Shown: positions 29,912 through 39,843 of the stretch, piece by piece
Numbering within the stretch: position 1 is the first letter of the stretch
Layout of the letters: each line of letters opens with the position of its first letter
From: Eubacteriales bacterium
Lineage (GTDB): Bacteria; Bacillota; Clostridia; Oscillospirales; QAKW01
Assembly (NCBI GenBank): GCA_045657265.1
Contig: JAZOSU010000013.1
Location: 74-64,073, forward strand
Reading direction: 5' to 3'
Length of the DNA: 64,000 nucleotides
Made by a program: the position numbers and the translations under genes
Notes under the pieces: model-generated
Told to the model about the DNA's origin: nothing
Database searches by the model: none
Seen by the model: the letters and a program-made list of their open reading frames with translations, nothing else

Positions 29912-29946
29912 AAATTGCCGCAGCTAAAAGCTGCGGCAAATTTATT
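29912..29946 (+). terminator. rho-independent terminator of hup
   Basis: AAATTGCCGCAGC / GCTGCGGCAAATTT hairpin followed by a T-rich tail. Confidence 0.7.
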
Positions 29947-29963
29947 ACTACTATGGAGATAAA

Positions 29964-30206
29964 ATGAGAATAGATAAATATTTAAAAGTATCAAGACTTA
30001 TTAAAAGACGAACTGTTGCGCAGGACGCTTGTGACGGCGGAAGAGTAAGCGTAAACGGAAAGGTTGTAAAACCTGCTTACGACGTAAAAGAAGGAGATAT
30101 AATAGAACTTTCCTTCGGTGCAAAGAAAAGCAAAGTAAAGGTGGAAAAAGTTTGTGATTTTATCAAAGCAAACGAAGCTGAAACTATGTATTCTGTAATC
30201 GAATGA
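29964..30206 (+). CDS. yabO: S4-domain RNA-binding protein (YabO/HslR-like)
   Basis: MRIDKYLKVSRLIKRRTVAQDACDGGRVSVNGKVVKPA... Confidence 0.8.
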   Translation: MRIDKYLKVSRLIKRRTVAQDACDGGRVSVNGKVVKPAYDVKEGDIIELSFGAKKSKVKVEKVCDFIKANEAETMYSVIE

Positions 30207-30283
30207 TTTTTGCAGATTAAAAGAAATTATTTTTTAAATATTATAAATAAGAAAAACATCGCAAATTGCGATGTTTTTCTTAT

Positions 30284-31066
30284 TTATTTCAATTTTAATT
30301 CAGTTTTAATTCGCTCTGCTATAGTATTTATGTATGGCGCATTTGACGGTCTGCCTTTATTGGCATCTACGCTGTAGCCGAATATATCATTTATTAAATC
30401 AACGTTACCAAGAAGCCACGATTTATCTATTGCAGAACGAATAGCACGTTCAACTGCCGCAGGAGATGTATTAAACTTCCTTGCGATTTCGGGATACACG
30501 TCTTTAGTCATTTCGAGTTTTGTATCCGATTTATTTGATGCAACAATACAAACTCCTTCTATAACGTAATCATATCCTAAAACACCCGAAGAATGTCCAA
30601 GGTTATGAATGAGAGAAGTTGTTTTTGTACGTATTGCAAACTTTTCATCATCATAAGATGTTTTCGTTGTCATTCCGTTTGATTTATCTTGTACAAGTTT
30701 TCTTATATTTTTATCAAGAGTATAAAAATCAGTAGGAAGCAGAGTAAACAAATCTATACCGCAGTTTAAAACTTTATTTATAAGAGAACTGTCAAAAACA
30801 AAAGTTGCAACAACGAATACTACGTCAGTATCAAGACCCAAAGATTTTATTTCTTCATACAGTCCGCAGGCATCAAGGTCATATACAAACGCATCGCATA
30901 TAACAACCTGCGGTTTGCTCTGAAGCATTTCAGATGCACAGTCAAAACCGTACTGGGTGTTTTTTACAACTTCATAATTAAACAGACCTAAAAACTCAGA
31001 TATCGTTTGTCTCGTTTTAGAGTCGGCGCAAACTAAAGCCGCTTTCAGTTTTTGTGTATTATTCAT
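30284..31066 (-). CDS. Spo0A-like regulator: Spo0A C-terminal DNA-binding domain with an atypical receiver domain
   Basis: The C-terminus YPEIARKFNTSPAAVERAIRSAIDKSW..GN.D.I...FGYSV....G.PSN aligns closely by eye with B. subtilis Spo0A_C. The receiver keeps the acceptor-position Asp (VVICDAF) but has CADS instead of the acidic pair, and LLPTDF where the conserved Lys-Pro is expected. Confidence 0.75.
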   Translation of the reverse strand: MNNTQKLKAALVCADSKTRQTISEFLGLFNYEVVKNTQYGFDCASEMLQSKPQVVICDAFVYDLDACGLYEEIKSLGLDTDVVFVVATFVFDSSLINKVLNCGIDLFTLLPTDFYTLDKNIRKLVQDKSNGMTTKTSYDDEKFAIRTKTTSLIHNLGHSSGVLGYDYVIEGVCIVASNKSDTKLEMTKDVYPEIARKFNTSPAAVERAIRSAIDKSWLLGNVDLINDIFGYSVDANKGRPSNAPYINTIAERIKTELKLK

Positions 31067-31068
31067 AT

Positions 31069-32082
31069 CTATTCTTCGTCGCTGAGCACTATAAATCCGT
31101 TTGGTATAAAACGCATACCGTCTTTATCTGAACCGCTGGGGTCATTTACTATTTCATCTTTATAAGAAAGGACTGTAGATGAACCGCCGTCAAGATTTGC
31201 AGCGTTATAACAGTTTTGTTCAACCATAATATCACGAAGTGTTTTGATTGTAACACCAACAGAGGATGCCGATCTTCCGTCTACTACGACAAAAACAACC
31301 GTTCCATCCTGTCTCTGACCGATAGCTGTACGTGGTGCAAGTCCCCAACCGCCGTTACCTGTCATTTCTGCACTTTCACCGTTAATTACAAGAAACGGGG
31401 TGAACTCAACTGCATCACGAAGATCAAGTTGTTCCAGTTCTGCTCTTGAATATTTACCTGTAACAAGAATATTTTCTTTATTGAAACCTATTACGTTATA
31501 ACTGCTTTTGTTAGGCATATGTAAAACATTACCTTCTGAAATTACAAGACCTATCGGAATCCCACCGTTACCAAAGCCTTTAGCATCACCGAAACCGCCT
31601 GCATTTATACCTGCTATAGCGTTATAGTTTTCAAGCAAATAGGGCATCTTCTGACCTTTTACACCGAAATATTTAGATACGCCGAGAATTACTTTAGAAG
31701 GGTCACTTATTTCAAGCATCCACGCTTTATAGCCATCTTTACTGATATCTGTAAGCACAAGTTTATTTTCTTTATCCATTGTAACATCAATGCTGTTTGT
31801 ATCAGTTACTGTATCAAGATCAATTACGCTGTTATTTGCCATAACCTTATCAATAACACTCTTGGGATAGAACATTGTAGACAGATATTTATGATTAATG
31901 GTTGTCTGAGAAGAGGTTATGAGAAAGTCTCTGAAACCTCCCCAAGGACCATATAACAGTGTAAGAGATACCGTACCCAAAACTATCCAGGTAGAAAACA
32001 TAGAAATAGTAAATTTTCCGGCGCGTTTTTTAGAAAACGCTTTTAAACTGAACTTAGGTTTATTTTTTGCTGTTTTTTTCAT
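31069..32082 (-). CDS. phosphodiester glycosidase (DUF2233/NAGPA-like) family protein, membrane anchored
   Basis: N-terminal TM helix, GINAGGF and NLDGGSSTVL motifs. Confidence 0.65.
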   Translation of the reverse strand: MKKTAKNKPKFSLKAFSKKRAGKFTISMFSTWIVLGTVSLTLLYGPWGGFRDFLITSSQTTINHKYLSTMFYPKSVIDKVMANNSVIDLDTVTDTNSIDVTMDKENKLVLTDISKDGYKAWMLEISDPSKVILGVSKYFGVKGQKMPYLLENYNAIAGINAGGFGDAKGFGNGGIPIGLVISEGNVLHMPNKSSYNVIGFNKENILVTGKYSRAELEQLDLRDAVEFTPFLVINGESAEMTGNGGWGLAPRTAIGQRQDGTVVFVVVDGRSASSVGVTIKTLRDIMVEQNCYNAANLDGGSSTVLSYKDEIVNDPSGSDKDGMRFIPNGFIVLSDEE

Positions 32083-32088
32083 ATTGAA

Positions 32089-33237
32089 TTATTCACCGAA
32101 ATCCTTTGGTTTATCACCTAAATTAAAATAATTGAGAATAGCCTGAACTGTACGTTCAGATGCTTTACCGTCACCATAAGGGTTGACTGCTTTTGACTGT
32201 TTATTATAAGCTTTTTCGTCATTAATAAGCTCATTTGCCATATTTACGATATTATTCGTTTCAACACCCGCTATTTTAACGGTACCGGCCTCAACTGCCT
32301 CAGGTCTTTCTGTTTCTGTGCGAAGCACCAGAACAGGTTTACCAAGTGCAGGAGCTTCTTCCTGAAGACCGCCACTGTCTGTCATTACCATATAACATCT
32401 GTTCATAAGGTTATGCATATCGCAAACATCAACAGGGTCTATGAGAAATACTCTGTCAAGATCACCCAAGATAGCTTTTGCTGTGTCGCGTACTTTTGGA
32501 TTAAGGTGCATAGGATATATAACCTTAACATCAGGATTTTCCAGAACTATCTGTTTCATAGCAAGGCATATCTGTTCGAGGGGTTTACCGAGATTTTCAC
32601 GTCTGTGAGCTGTAAGCAAAATATATTTCGCATCGGTAAAATCAATTTTAGCAAGATTTTCGTCTGCAAAAACATAATCATCACGAACTGTTGTTGAAAG
32701 AGCGTCAATTACAGTATTACCTGTAATATACACGTTTTCTGTTATATTTTCTTTCAAAAGGTTAGCTTTATTTGATGCAGTAGGAGCAAAATGAAGGTCA
32801 GCAAGACGCGATGTCATCTGTCTGTTCATTTCTTCAGGGAACGGAGAATATTTATCATAAGTACGAAGACCTGCTTCAACGTGACCTATTCTCACATTAT
32901 TATAAAATGCTGCAAGAGCTCCTGCAAACGTTGTACTTGTATCGCCGTGTACCAGAAGAACGTCGGGGGTGAGTTTTTCAAGTACTTTTTCCATACCCGT
33001 CAGAATATCGGTAGTAATAGTGGTCACAGTTTGTCCCGGACGCATTATATCAAGGTTATAGTCAGGAGTTATATCAAAAGTTTCAAGAACCTGGATAAGC
33101 ATTTCTCTATGCTGTCCCGTAAGACAAACTATACTTTCTATCTGAGGACATTTTTCAAGTTCTTTTATGAGCGGAGCCATTTTGATAGCTTCAGGACGTG
33201 TGCCGAAAACGGTCATTACTTTAATTTTATTTGTCAT
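32089..33237 (-). CDS. mnaA: UDP-N-acetylglucosamine 2-epimerase (non-hydrolysing)
   Basis: MTVFGTRPEAIKMAPL..., HVEAGLRT, DSGGLQEEAP. Confidence 0.9.
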   Translation of the reverse strand: MTNKIKVMTVFGTRPEAIKMAPLIKELEKCPQIESIVCLTGQHREMLIQVLETFDITPDYNLDIMRPGQTVTTITTDILTGMEKVLEKLTPDVLLVHGDTSTTFAGALAAFYNNVRIGHVEAGLRTYDKYSPFPEEMNRQMTSRLADLHFAPTASNKANLLKENITENVYITGNTVIDALSTTVRDDYVFADENLAKIDFTDAKYILLTAHRRENLGKPLEQICLAMKQIVLENPDVKVIYPMHLNPKVRDTAKAILGDLDRVFLIDPVDVCDMHNLMNRCYMVMTDSGGLQEEAPALGKPVLVLRTETERPEAVEAGTVKIAGVETNNIVNMANELINDEKAYNKQSKAVNPYGDGKASERTVQAILNYFNLGDKPKDFGE

Positions 33238-34294
33238 CTTTAATCTCCTTATGGATCTTATGTTTATACATTACAAGTGAACAGAATATTACAATAACGA
33301 ATACTATAACAACAAGCACTGCCGCACGCATAAAACCTTCACCTGCAAGTAAAACCGCAGTAAGTCCAAGCACAGCGGCAATACCATACATTATTGTAAC
33401 TGCCTGTTTTTGTGAAAAACCAAGGTCTATCAGACGGTGATGCAGATGTGTTTTATCTGCAGACATGGGTGATTTACCGTTAAGAACTCTTCTTATTGAA
33501 ACGAATGCCATATCGAATATGGGAAGTCCGAAAATAAGAAACGGAATTGCAAACGCTATTACCGCATATGCTTTGAAAAGTCCCATTACCGACATAACGG
33601 CAAGTGTATATCCGATGAACATCGAGCCTGTATCACCCATAAACATTTTTGCAGGGTTGAAATTATATGGAATAAATCCGAGACAAGCTCCTGCAAGAGC
33701 TGCTGCCACTATTGCAACAGCCGGTGACACAAGCAATATCAGAATCACCATAACGCACACTGACATTATACAGGAAACGCCTACAGCCAGTCCGTCAAGT
33801 CCGTCAATTAAGTTAACTGCATTAAGAATACACAAAAGCCAGATAATAGTTACGATATACTGAGTAACTGTATTGAGTTGTATATAAGCATTTGACGTGC
33901 TGAAAAAGTTTGGAAATCCTGTTATACGGACACCGAAATACACAGGAATCGCAGTAGCAATAAGCTGAAAACCGAATTTCTGAGACGGTTTTAATGCAAG
34001 AACGTCATCAAATATACCAAGAGCAACAATTACTATTGAACCAAGAAGCATACCTCTTACTTCTCTTGACATATGTTCGGTACAAAAAACAAGCACCGAA
34101 ATATAAAATCCGACAAAAATTGCTATTCCGCCAAGTCTTGGAATTGGTGTTTTATGCATTCTGCGTTTATCTTTAGGAACGTCTATTGCGCCTATCTTAT
34201 ATGCAAAGTTCTTTGCAAGAGGCGAACAGATAAAGGTAAGAATAAATGCAACTGCAAATGCACAGGCAATATAAATATAATCTAATTTTTCCAT
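33227..34294 (-). CDS. tagO: undecaprenyl-phosphate GlcNAc-1-phosphate transferase (WecA/TagO, MraY-like family)
   Basis: Polytopic membrane protein with NLIDGLDGLA, MGDTGSMFIG and HLHHRL motifs. Confidence 0.85.
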   Translation of the reverse strand: MEKLDYIYIACAFAVAFILTFICSPLAKNFAYKIGAIDVPKDKRRMHKTPIPRLGGIAIFVGFYISVLVFCTEHMSREVRGMLLGSIVIVALGIFDDVLALKPSQKFGFQLIATAIPVYFGVRITGFPNFFSTSNAYIQLNTVTQYIVTIIWLLCILNAVNLIDGLDGLAVGVSCIMSVCVMVILILLVSPAVAIVAAALAGACLGFIPYNFNPAKMFMGDTGSMFIGYTLAVMSVMGLFKAYAVIAFAIPFLIFGLPIFDMAFVSIRRVLNGKSPMSADKTHLHHRLIDLGFSQKQAVTIMYGIAAVLGLTAVLLAGEGFMRAAVLVVIVFVIVIFCSLVMYKHKIHKEIKDDK

Positions 34295-34309
34295 AATAAT
34301 ATCATATCC

Positions 34310-35305
34310 TTATCTTTTGATAAAGCCTATTTTCTTCTGAACTTTTGAAAGTGTTTTTCTTGAAAGATAGAATGCTTTTTCTGCGCTTTCGGTATACACT
34401 TTCTGGAGATAATCCTTGTTTGACATAAGATAATCATACTGTTGTTTCAAAGGCGCAAGTGCATCCGCAACAGCTTCGCCGACAGCTAATTTAAACTCAC
34501 CGTATCCCGCATTTTCAAACTGTTTTTGAGCATCTTCAATGGTAACACCTGTCATTACGCTATAGATTGAAAGAAGGTTACTGATACCGGGTTTATCTTC
34601 TGAATATATGATTTTATTATCACTGTCAGTAACTGCACTTTTGAATTTTCTGATAATTGTATCTTTATCGTCAATAATACTGATATATGATTTTGGGTTA
34701 GGGTCTGATTTACTCATTTTCTTTTCGGGCTGAGCAAGAGACATAACCTTTGCACCGACAGAGGGTATATATCCTTCGGGTACTTTGAACACGTCACCGT
34801 AAATTCCGTTAAAGCGAATTGCTATATTACGCGCAAGTTCAAGATGCTGTTTCTGGTCAACACCTACGGGAACAAGATCCGTGTTATAGAGAAGAATATC
34901 TGCAGCCATAAGCGTCGGGTAAGTAAACAAACCTGCGTTAATATTATCTGCGTGTTGTTTTGATTTATCTTTAAACTGAGTCATTCTGCTAAGTTCACCG
35001 TACATTGTATAGCAGTTAAGTATCCACGCAAGTTCTGCATGAGCAGGAACATGGCTCTGAATAAAAACTATATTTTTTTCAGGATCTACGCCTGATGCAA
35101 GAATGATCGCAAGTGTAGACAAAGTACGTGCACGAAGGTCAGCCGGTGTATTTCTTACTGTAATTGCGTGCATATCAACTACAGAAAAGATTCCCAGTCC
35201 CTGTTTTGCAACCAAAGGCCAGTTTTTAACTGCTCCTATATAGTTACCGAGAGTTATAGTTCCACTGGGTTGTATACCGCTGAATATTATCTTCTGGTCC
35301 TCCAT
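34310..35305 (-). CDS. trpS: tryptophanyl-tRNA synthetase
   Basis: GIQPSGTITLGNYIG (HIGH-type) and KMSKS. Confidence 0.9.
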   Translation of the reverse strand: MEDQKIIFSGIQPSGTITLGNYIGAVKNWPLVAKQGLGIFSVVDMHAITVRNTPADLRARTLSTLAIILASGVDPEKNIVFIQSHVPAHAELAWILNCYTMYGELSRMTQFKDKSKQHADNINAGLFTYPTLMAADILLYNTDLVPVGVDQKQHLELARNIAIRFNGIYGDVFKVPEGYIPSVGAKVMSLAQPEKKMSKSDPNPKSYISIIDDKDTIIRKFKSAVTDSDNKIIYSEDKPGISNLLSIYSVMTGVTIEDAQKQFENAGYGEFKLAVGEAVADALAPLKQQYDYLMSNKDYLQKVYTESAEKAFYLSRKTLSKVQKKIGFIKR

Positions 35306-35500
35306 ATATAAACCTCATTTCAAACATAAATATACAGAATATATGATAACATATATAAATCTACAATACAATAACATTTTTAATTTTAATAAAATAAAAC
35401 ATACGAAATTTAAAATTTTGAAAAAAATTTATTTACATTTGCTAAAAATATGTTATACTATTGAGTGGTCAATTATTTTACTTTAAAAGGAGCGGTTATT

Positions 35501-36694
35501 ATGAGCCGTATGATCGGCACTATTTCAAGAGGCGTTCGCGCCCCTATTATCCGTACCGGAGACGATCTGGTTGAAATCGTTACTACATCTGTTATTGAAG
35601 CTGCAAAAGACGGCGGCTATGAAATTCGCGACCGTGATATCGTTGCAATGACTGAATCAATCGTTGCAAGAGCGCAGGGCAACTATGCTTCTGTTGATGA
35701 TATCGCAGTTGACATCAAAGAAAAATTTGGCGGTGGAACTGTAGGTGTTATATTCCCTATCTTAAGCCGTAACAGATTTGCTATTTGTCTTCGCGGTATT
35801 GCAAAAGGAGCAAAGAAAGTAGTCGTTATGCTTTCATACCCTTCAGATGAAGTCGGCAACCATTTGTTTGACATTGATATGATGGACGAAAAGGGCGTTG
35901 ACCCTTACAAAGACGTACTTTCTACAGAAAAATACCGTGAGCTTTTCGGTTACGTTAAGCATACTTTCACAGGTATGGATTACGTTGAATACTATCAGCA
36001 ACTTATTGAAGAATGCGGTGCGGAAGCAGAAATAATTTTTGCAAATAATCCACGCGCTATTCTTGATTATACAAAAAACGTACTTTGCTGTGACATACAC
36101 ACAAGAGCACGTACAAAGAGAATACTCAAAGCTGCAGGTGCAGAAAAAGTTTACGGAATGGACGATATTCTTTCTTCATCCATAAACGGAAGCGGTTGCA
36201 ACGAACAGTACGGACTTTTAGGTTCAAACAAAGCAACCGAAGATACTGTTAAACTCTTCCCCCGTGAGTGTCAACCACTTGTTGATGCTATCCAGAAAAG
36301 CATTTTTGAAAAAACAGGCAAAAACGTTGAGGTAATGGTTTACGGTGACGGCGCTTTCAAAGATCCCGTAGGCAAAATCTGGGAACTTGCTGATCCGGTG
36401 GTTTCACCTGCTTACACAAGCGGTCTTGAGGGTACACCGAACGAACTTAAAATGAAATATCTTGCTGATAACGATTTTGCAGACCTTTCAGGCGATGCAT
36501 TGAAAGAAGCAATTAAAACAAAAATTCAGGAAAAAGACGGAAATCTCGTAGGTCAGATGGCATCTGAGGGTACGACTCCACGTCGTCTTACAGACCTTAT
36601 CGGTTCACTTTGCGACCTTACTTCAGGTTCAGGTGACAAAGGTACACCTATTATCTACATTCAGGGATATTTCGACAACTACACAACTGATTAA
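35501..36694 (+). CDS. CofE-like (F420-0:gamma-glutamyl ligase family) protein, tentative
   Basis: The start MSRMIGTISRGVRAPIIRTGDDL resembles proteins annotated this way in Clostridia. An AAAGGAG SD precedes the ATG at 35501. This is a memory-based call; no catalytic motif was checked. Confidence 0.4.
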   Translation: MSRMIGTISRGVRAPIIRTGDDLVEIVTTSVIEAAKDGGYEIRDRDIVAMTESIVARAQGNYASVDDIAVDIKEKFGGGTVGVIFPILSRNRFAICLRGIAKGAKKVVVMLSYPSDEVGNHLFDIDMMDEKGVDPYKDVLSTEKYRELFGYVKHTFTGMDYVEYYQQLIEECGAEAEIIFANNPRAILDYTKNVLCCDIHTRARTKRILKAAGAEKVYGMDDILSSSINGSGCNEQYGLLGSNKATEDTVKLFPRECQPLVDAIQKSIFEKTGKNVEVMVYGDGAFKDPVGKIWELADPVVSPAYTSGLEGTPNELKMKYLADNDFADLSGDALKEAIKTKIQEKDGNLVGQMASEGTTPRRLTDLIGSLCDLTSGSGDKGTPIIYIQGYFDNYTTD

Positions 36695-36786
36695 TTTATA
36701 AAAAAATCAATACAAAAGCGGCTGTAAAAACTTGTGTTTTTTACAGCCGCTTTCGTTATGAGGATAGAAAAATTTGCTTTTTCTTT

Positions 36787-37341
36787 TTACATATTTATCA
36801 CATAGTCGGCAATACGGGTATCGTCATCATTATGAGTGACAAAAATCACCTGTCTGCCGTCTTTTTTTATTACGTCAAGAAGTTTTTCTCTGCTTTCACT
36901 GTCAAGAGCTGACAAAGGCTCGTCAAGAAGCAAAAGTTTTGCATCATAAGCAAGCGTTCTTGCAAGAGCCACTCTTTGTCTCATACCGCCAGACAATTCA
37001 TCAGGTTTTTTATCAAAATCATAAAACCCGACTTTTTGAAGAATTTCTCTTGATGCATCGAAAGTTTCTTTTTTATCGGAAAGTACAACGTTGACGTTTT
37101 CAAGAGCACTAAGATGAGGAAAAAGTCTCGGTTGCTGAAACATATAAGAGCAGTTGAGATCTGTTACAACCTCTCCTGAATTTTGTTTAAGAAGACCTGC
37201 TATTACATTAAGCAAAGTTGTTTTACCGCAACCCGATTTTCCGCAAAGAGCTATTATCTTATACTCTGACAAATCACAAGAAAAATTATCAATCACGGTA
37301 TTATCGCCAAATTTTACCGTTATATTCTTAAGTTCAAGCAT
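36787..37341 (-). CDS. ABC transporter ATP-binding protein (short, NitT/TauT-like)
   Basis: GKSGCGKTT (Walker A), LSGGMRQRV (signature), LLLDEP (Walker B). Confidence 0.8.
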   Translation of the reverse strand: MLELKNITVKFGDNTVIDNFSCDLSEYKIIALCGKSGCGKTTLLNVIAGLLKQNSGEVVTDLNCSYMFQQPRLFPHLSALENVNVVLSDKKETFDASREILQKVGFYDFDKKPDELSGGMRQRVALARTLAYDAKLLLLDEPLSALDSESREKLLDVIKKDGRQVIFVTHNDDDTRIADYVINM

Positions 37342-38086
37342 TTGGCGTCACCTGCCTTTCATAGCTTTTAAAAGCCATACAAAACAGATATTCAATAACA
37401 GCACTAAGCACTACAACAACTACAGTCCACGCAAAAAGGTCAGTAGTTTCAAGATAGAGTTTACTGTCATAAATCATTTTACCTATTGAGAAAACAGGAA
37501 CAGCCAGAACTTCCGCTGCAATACCCGCTTTCCAGGCAAGGCCAAGTGATGAGCGGCAGGAAGATATGAAATACGGATAGACTGACGGCAGATACAAATG
37601 TTTTACTTTTTTAAAAAAAGAAAACTTGAAAACTTTTGCAACTTCTGCAAGGTTTTTATCAACACTTCCCATACCCTCTGTTATATTTGCAGTAACAACA
37701 GGTACTACAATAAGCACAGCTATAAACATAGGAAGAACTCCCCTGTCTATCCACAAAAGCGCAAGCATTATAAAAGATGCAACAGGGGTTGCTTTAACAA
37801 GGCTCATAATGGGTGAAATAAGAGTTTTTGCAAAATCTGACACAAAACACAAAACTCCAAGCAGTACGCCAACTACAATTGAAATCAAAATTCCCATTGT
37901 TATTCTCAAAAGAGAGGTGGCAACAGTAATCCAGAATTCAGAAGTTACACAAAGTTGTGCAAGGCGCACCAAAACAGATAGCGGTGACGGTACAAGCAGT
38001 TCGCTATCCACAGTCAAGGCAAAAATATGCCATATAACAATCCAGAAAACTACTGCCAATATTTTTTTTGTAATTTTTTTAATCAT
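37334..38086 (-). CDS. ABC transporter permease
   Basis: 250 aa with 6 TM helices. It overlaps both neighbours, by 8 nt and 4 nt. Confidence 0.75.
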   Translation of the reverse strand: MIKKITKKILAVVFWIVIWHIFALTVDSELLVPSPLSVLVRLAQLCVTSEFWITVATSLLRITMGILISIVVGVLLGVLCFVSDFAKTLISPIMSLVKATPVASFIMLALLWIDRGVLPMFIAVLIVVPVVTANITEGMGSVDKNLAEVAKVFKFSFFKKVKHLYLPSVYPYFISSCRSSLGLAWKAGIAAEVLAVPVFSIGKMIYDSKLYLETTDLFAWTVVVVVLSAVIEYLFCMAFKSYERQVTPNA

Positions 38087-39072
38087 TTTGCAATATAGTA
38101 GAAATCATCTGCCGGTAATTTACCGCCGATAGATGATGGCTGTGCTTTATGCAATACGTTATAGAATGCATTAAGCGCAGTTTTCATTTCTTCGTCTTTA
38201 ACAAAACAAATATTGCAGTTAGGAATAGCTTTGGTTGCTATTGGAGCTTTTTCAAAAATTTTATGTTTTGCAATAAGTTCACCTGCAGAACCTACGTTTT
38301 CAGTAACAAACTTCACAGAAGCTTCATACTCTTCAAGGAATTTATTAAGTTCATTGGGGTTTGACTGGGCAAATTCTTTTGTTGCCACAATACATCCCTG
38401 AACAAGAGAACCTTTTTCAGAAACTTTATCCCATTCTTTTGTAAGGTCAACTGCTACATTCAATTCTTTATTAGCTGCGCAAGCTATAGTAACCATAGGT
38501 TCCGGAAGAACCGCAATGTCAACTTTACCTGCAGCAACAGCACTGCGAAGCTCAGCGGGAGCGTTATATGAAAAATCAATAGTAATATCTTTTCCTATTT
38601 CAAAACCGTTCTTTTCGCAAAGATAGTTTACGATATACTCAGGGTTTGAACTTTTACCGGGAACATAAACTGTTTTACCTTTAAGGTCAGCAAATGATTT
38701 AACTGTATTTCCTTTTTCAACAACGTAAAGAACACCTAATGTGTTAACAGCTACAACCTGAACTTTACCGCCTGTTTTGTTATACACAACAGATGCAGCA
38801 TTTGTAGGAAGCGCTGCAAGTTGAGTTGTGCCTTTGATAAGAGCCGCTGTTATTGCAGAAGCGTCTGTCTCAACGGTAAAATTATAGTTAAGTTCAGCTT
38901 TTTCAGCTGTCTTATCTTCCATAAGTTTTGCCATTCCGAAACCTGTTGTACCGTTAAGTACCATAACGTTTATTTCCTTTTCGGTATCAAGGGTGGGCTC
39001 TGCCGGTGCACACGCAAAGAGTGAAACTGCCAAAACAGCTACAAGTACAAGTGCAATAATTCTTTTTTTCAT
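38083..39072 (-). CDS. ABC transporter substrate-binding lipoprotein (SsuA/NMT1-like)
   Basis: MKKRIIALVLVAVLAVSLFAC lipobox. An AAGGAG SD precedes the ATG at 39072. Confidence 0.7.
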   Translation of the reverse strand: MKKRIIALVLVAVLAVSLFACAPAEPTLDTEKEINVMVLNGTTGFGMAKLMEDKTAEKAELNYNFTVETDASAITAALIKGTTQLAALPTNAASVVYNKTGGKVQVVAVNTLGVLYVVEKGNTVKSFADLKGKTVYVPGKSSNPEYIVNYLCEKNGFEIGKDITIDFSYNAPAELRSAVAAGKVDIAVLPEPMVTIACAANKELNVAVDLTKEWDKVSEKGSLVQGCIVATKEFAQSNPNELNKFLEEYEASVKFVTENVGSAGELIAKHKIFEKAPIATKAIPNCNICFVKDEEMKTALNAFYNVLHKAQPSSIGGKLPADDFYYIAK

Positions 39073-39091
39073 CTTTTTTCTCCTTTGGAAA

Positions 39092-39742
39092 TTAATATTT
39101 TTCAAGCATTAAAGCTTTATTTATTACCGTTATAGTGTTTCCGTCGCGTTTAATACATCCGTCAGAAACAAAACGGTCAAAAGCGCGATACAGTGAGGCG
39201 CGTCCGATATCGAGCATATCCGAAAGAGCGCTGTAACTTACTTTTATCTCAATATTTTCACTTTTCTGACTAAGAAGGTAAACTGCAAGTTTTCTCTCAG
39301 CACTACCTGCTGTCAGATAAGTAATTTTTTTATTAAGATAACTTATCTTTTTACTCAGCAGTGCGATATAATTACGCATTACTGCTTTATCAGTTTCAAG
39401 AATTTTTTCAACAGCTCTTTTTTCTATCAGAACTACTTCCGAATTACCTTTAGAAACGCAGCAACTGATTTGCATATCAGGTACAAAAAGTCCTGCCAGA
39501 CCGAAAAACTCATTTTTTTCAACCTTTCTCAAAAGCAAATGCCGTTTACTGTCTATAGAATAAACGCAAACGCATCCTTTCACCACAAAAGCAATTCTAT
39601 TTTGAATATCTACACTTTGCCCGTTTGCATATTCTTGCATATAACATTTATCATCACAAACCAAGGCATTTACATTATCTCGATCAGCGCCGTCAAACAG
39701 TTTATTGTTCAATAATATGTCAATTAAATCAGTTTTTATCAT
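39092..39742 (-). CDS. Crp/Fnr-family transcriptional regulator
   Basis: cNMP-binding-like N-terminal domain and a C-terminal HTH (SYSALSDMLDIGRASLYRAFDRFVSDG). The start at 39742 (MIKTDLIDIL) is preferred over the long track ORF. Confidence 0.8.
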   Translation of the reverse strand: MIKTDLIDILLNNKLFDGADRDNVNALVCDDKCYMQEYANGQSVDIQNRIAFVVKGCVCVYSIDSKRHLLLRKVEKNEFFGLAGLFVPDMQISCCVSKGNSEVVLIEKRAVEKILETDKAVMRNYIALLSKKISYLNKKITYLTAGSAERKLAVYLLSQKSENIEIKVSYSALSDMLDIGRASLYRAFDRFVSDGCIKRDGNTITVINKALMLEKY

Positions 39743-39843
39743 AAAACCTCGCTTTTGTCTCATTTGAGACACTTTTATTTTACAACATAATTTTAAATTT
39801 GTCAATAAAAAAGCCCCGAATTTGAAAATCCGGAGCTTTTGTT

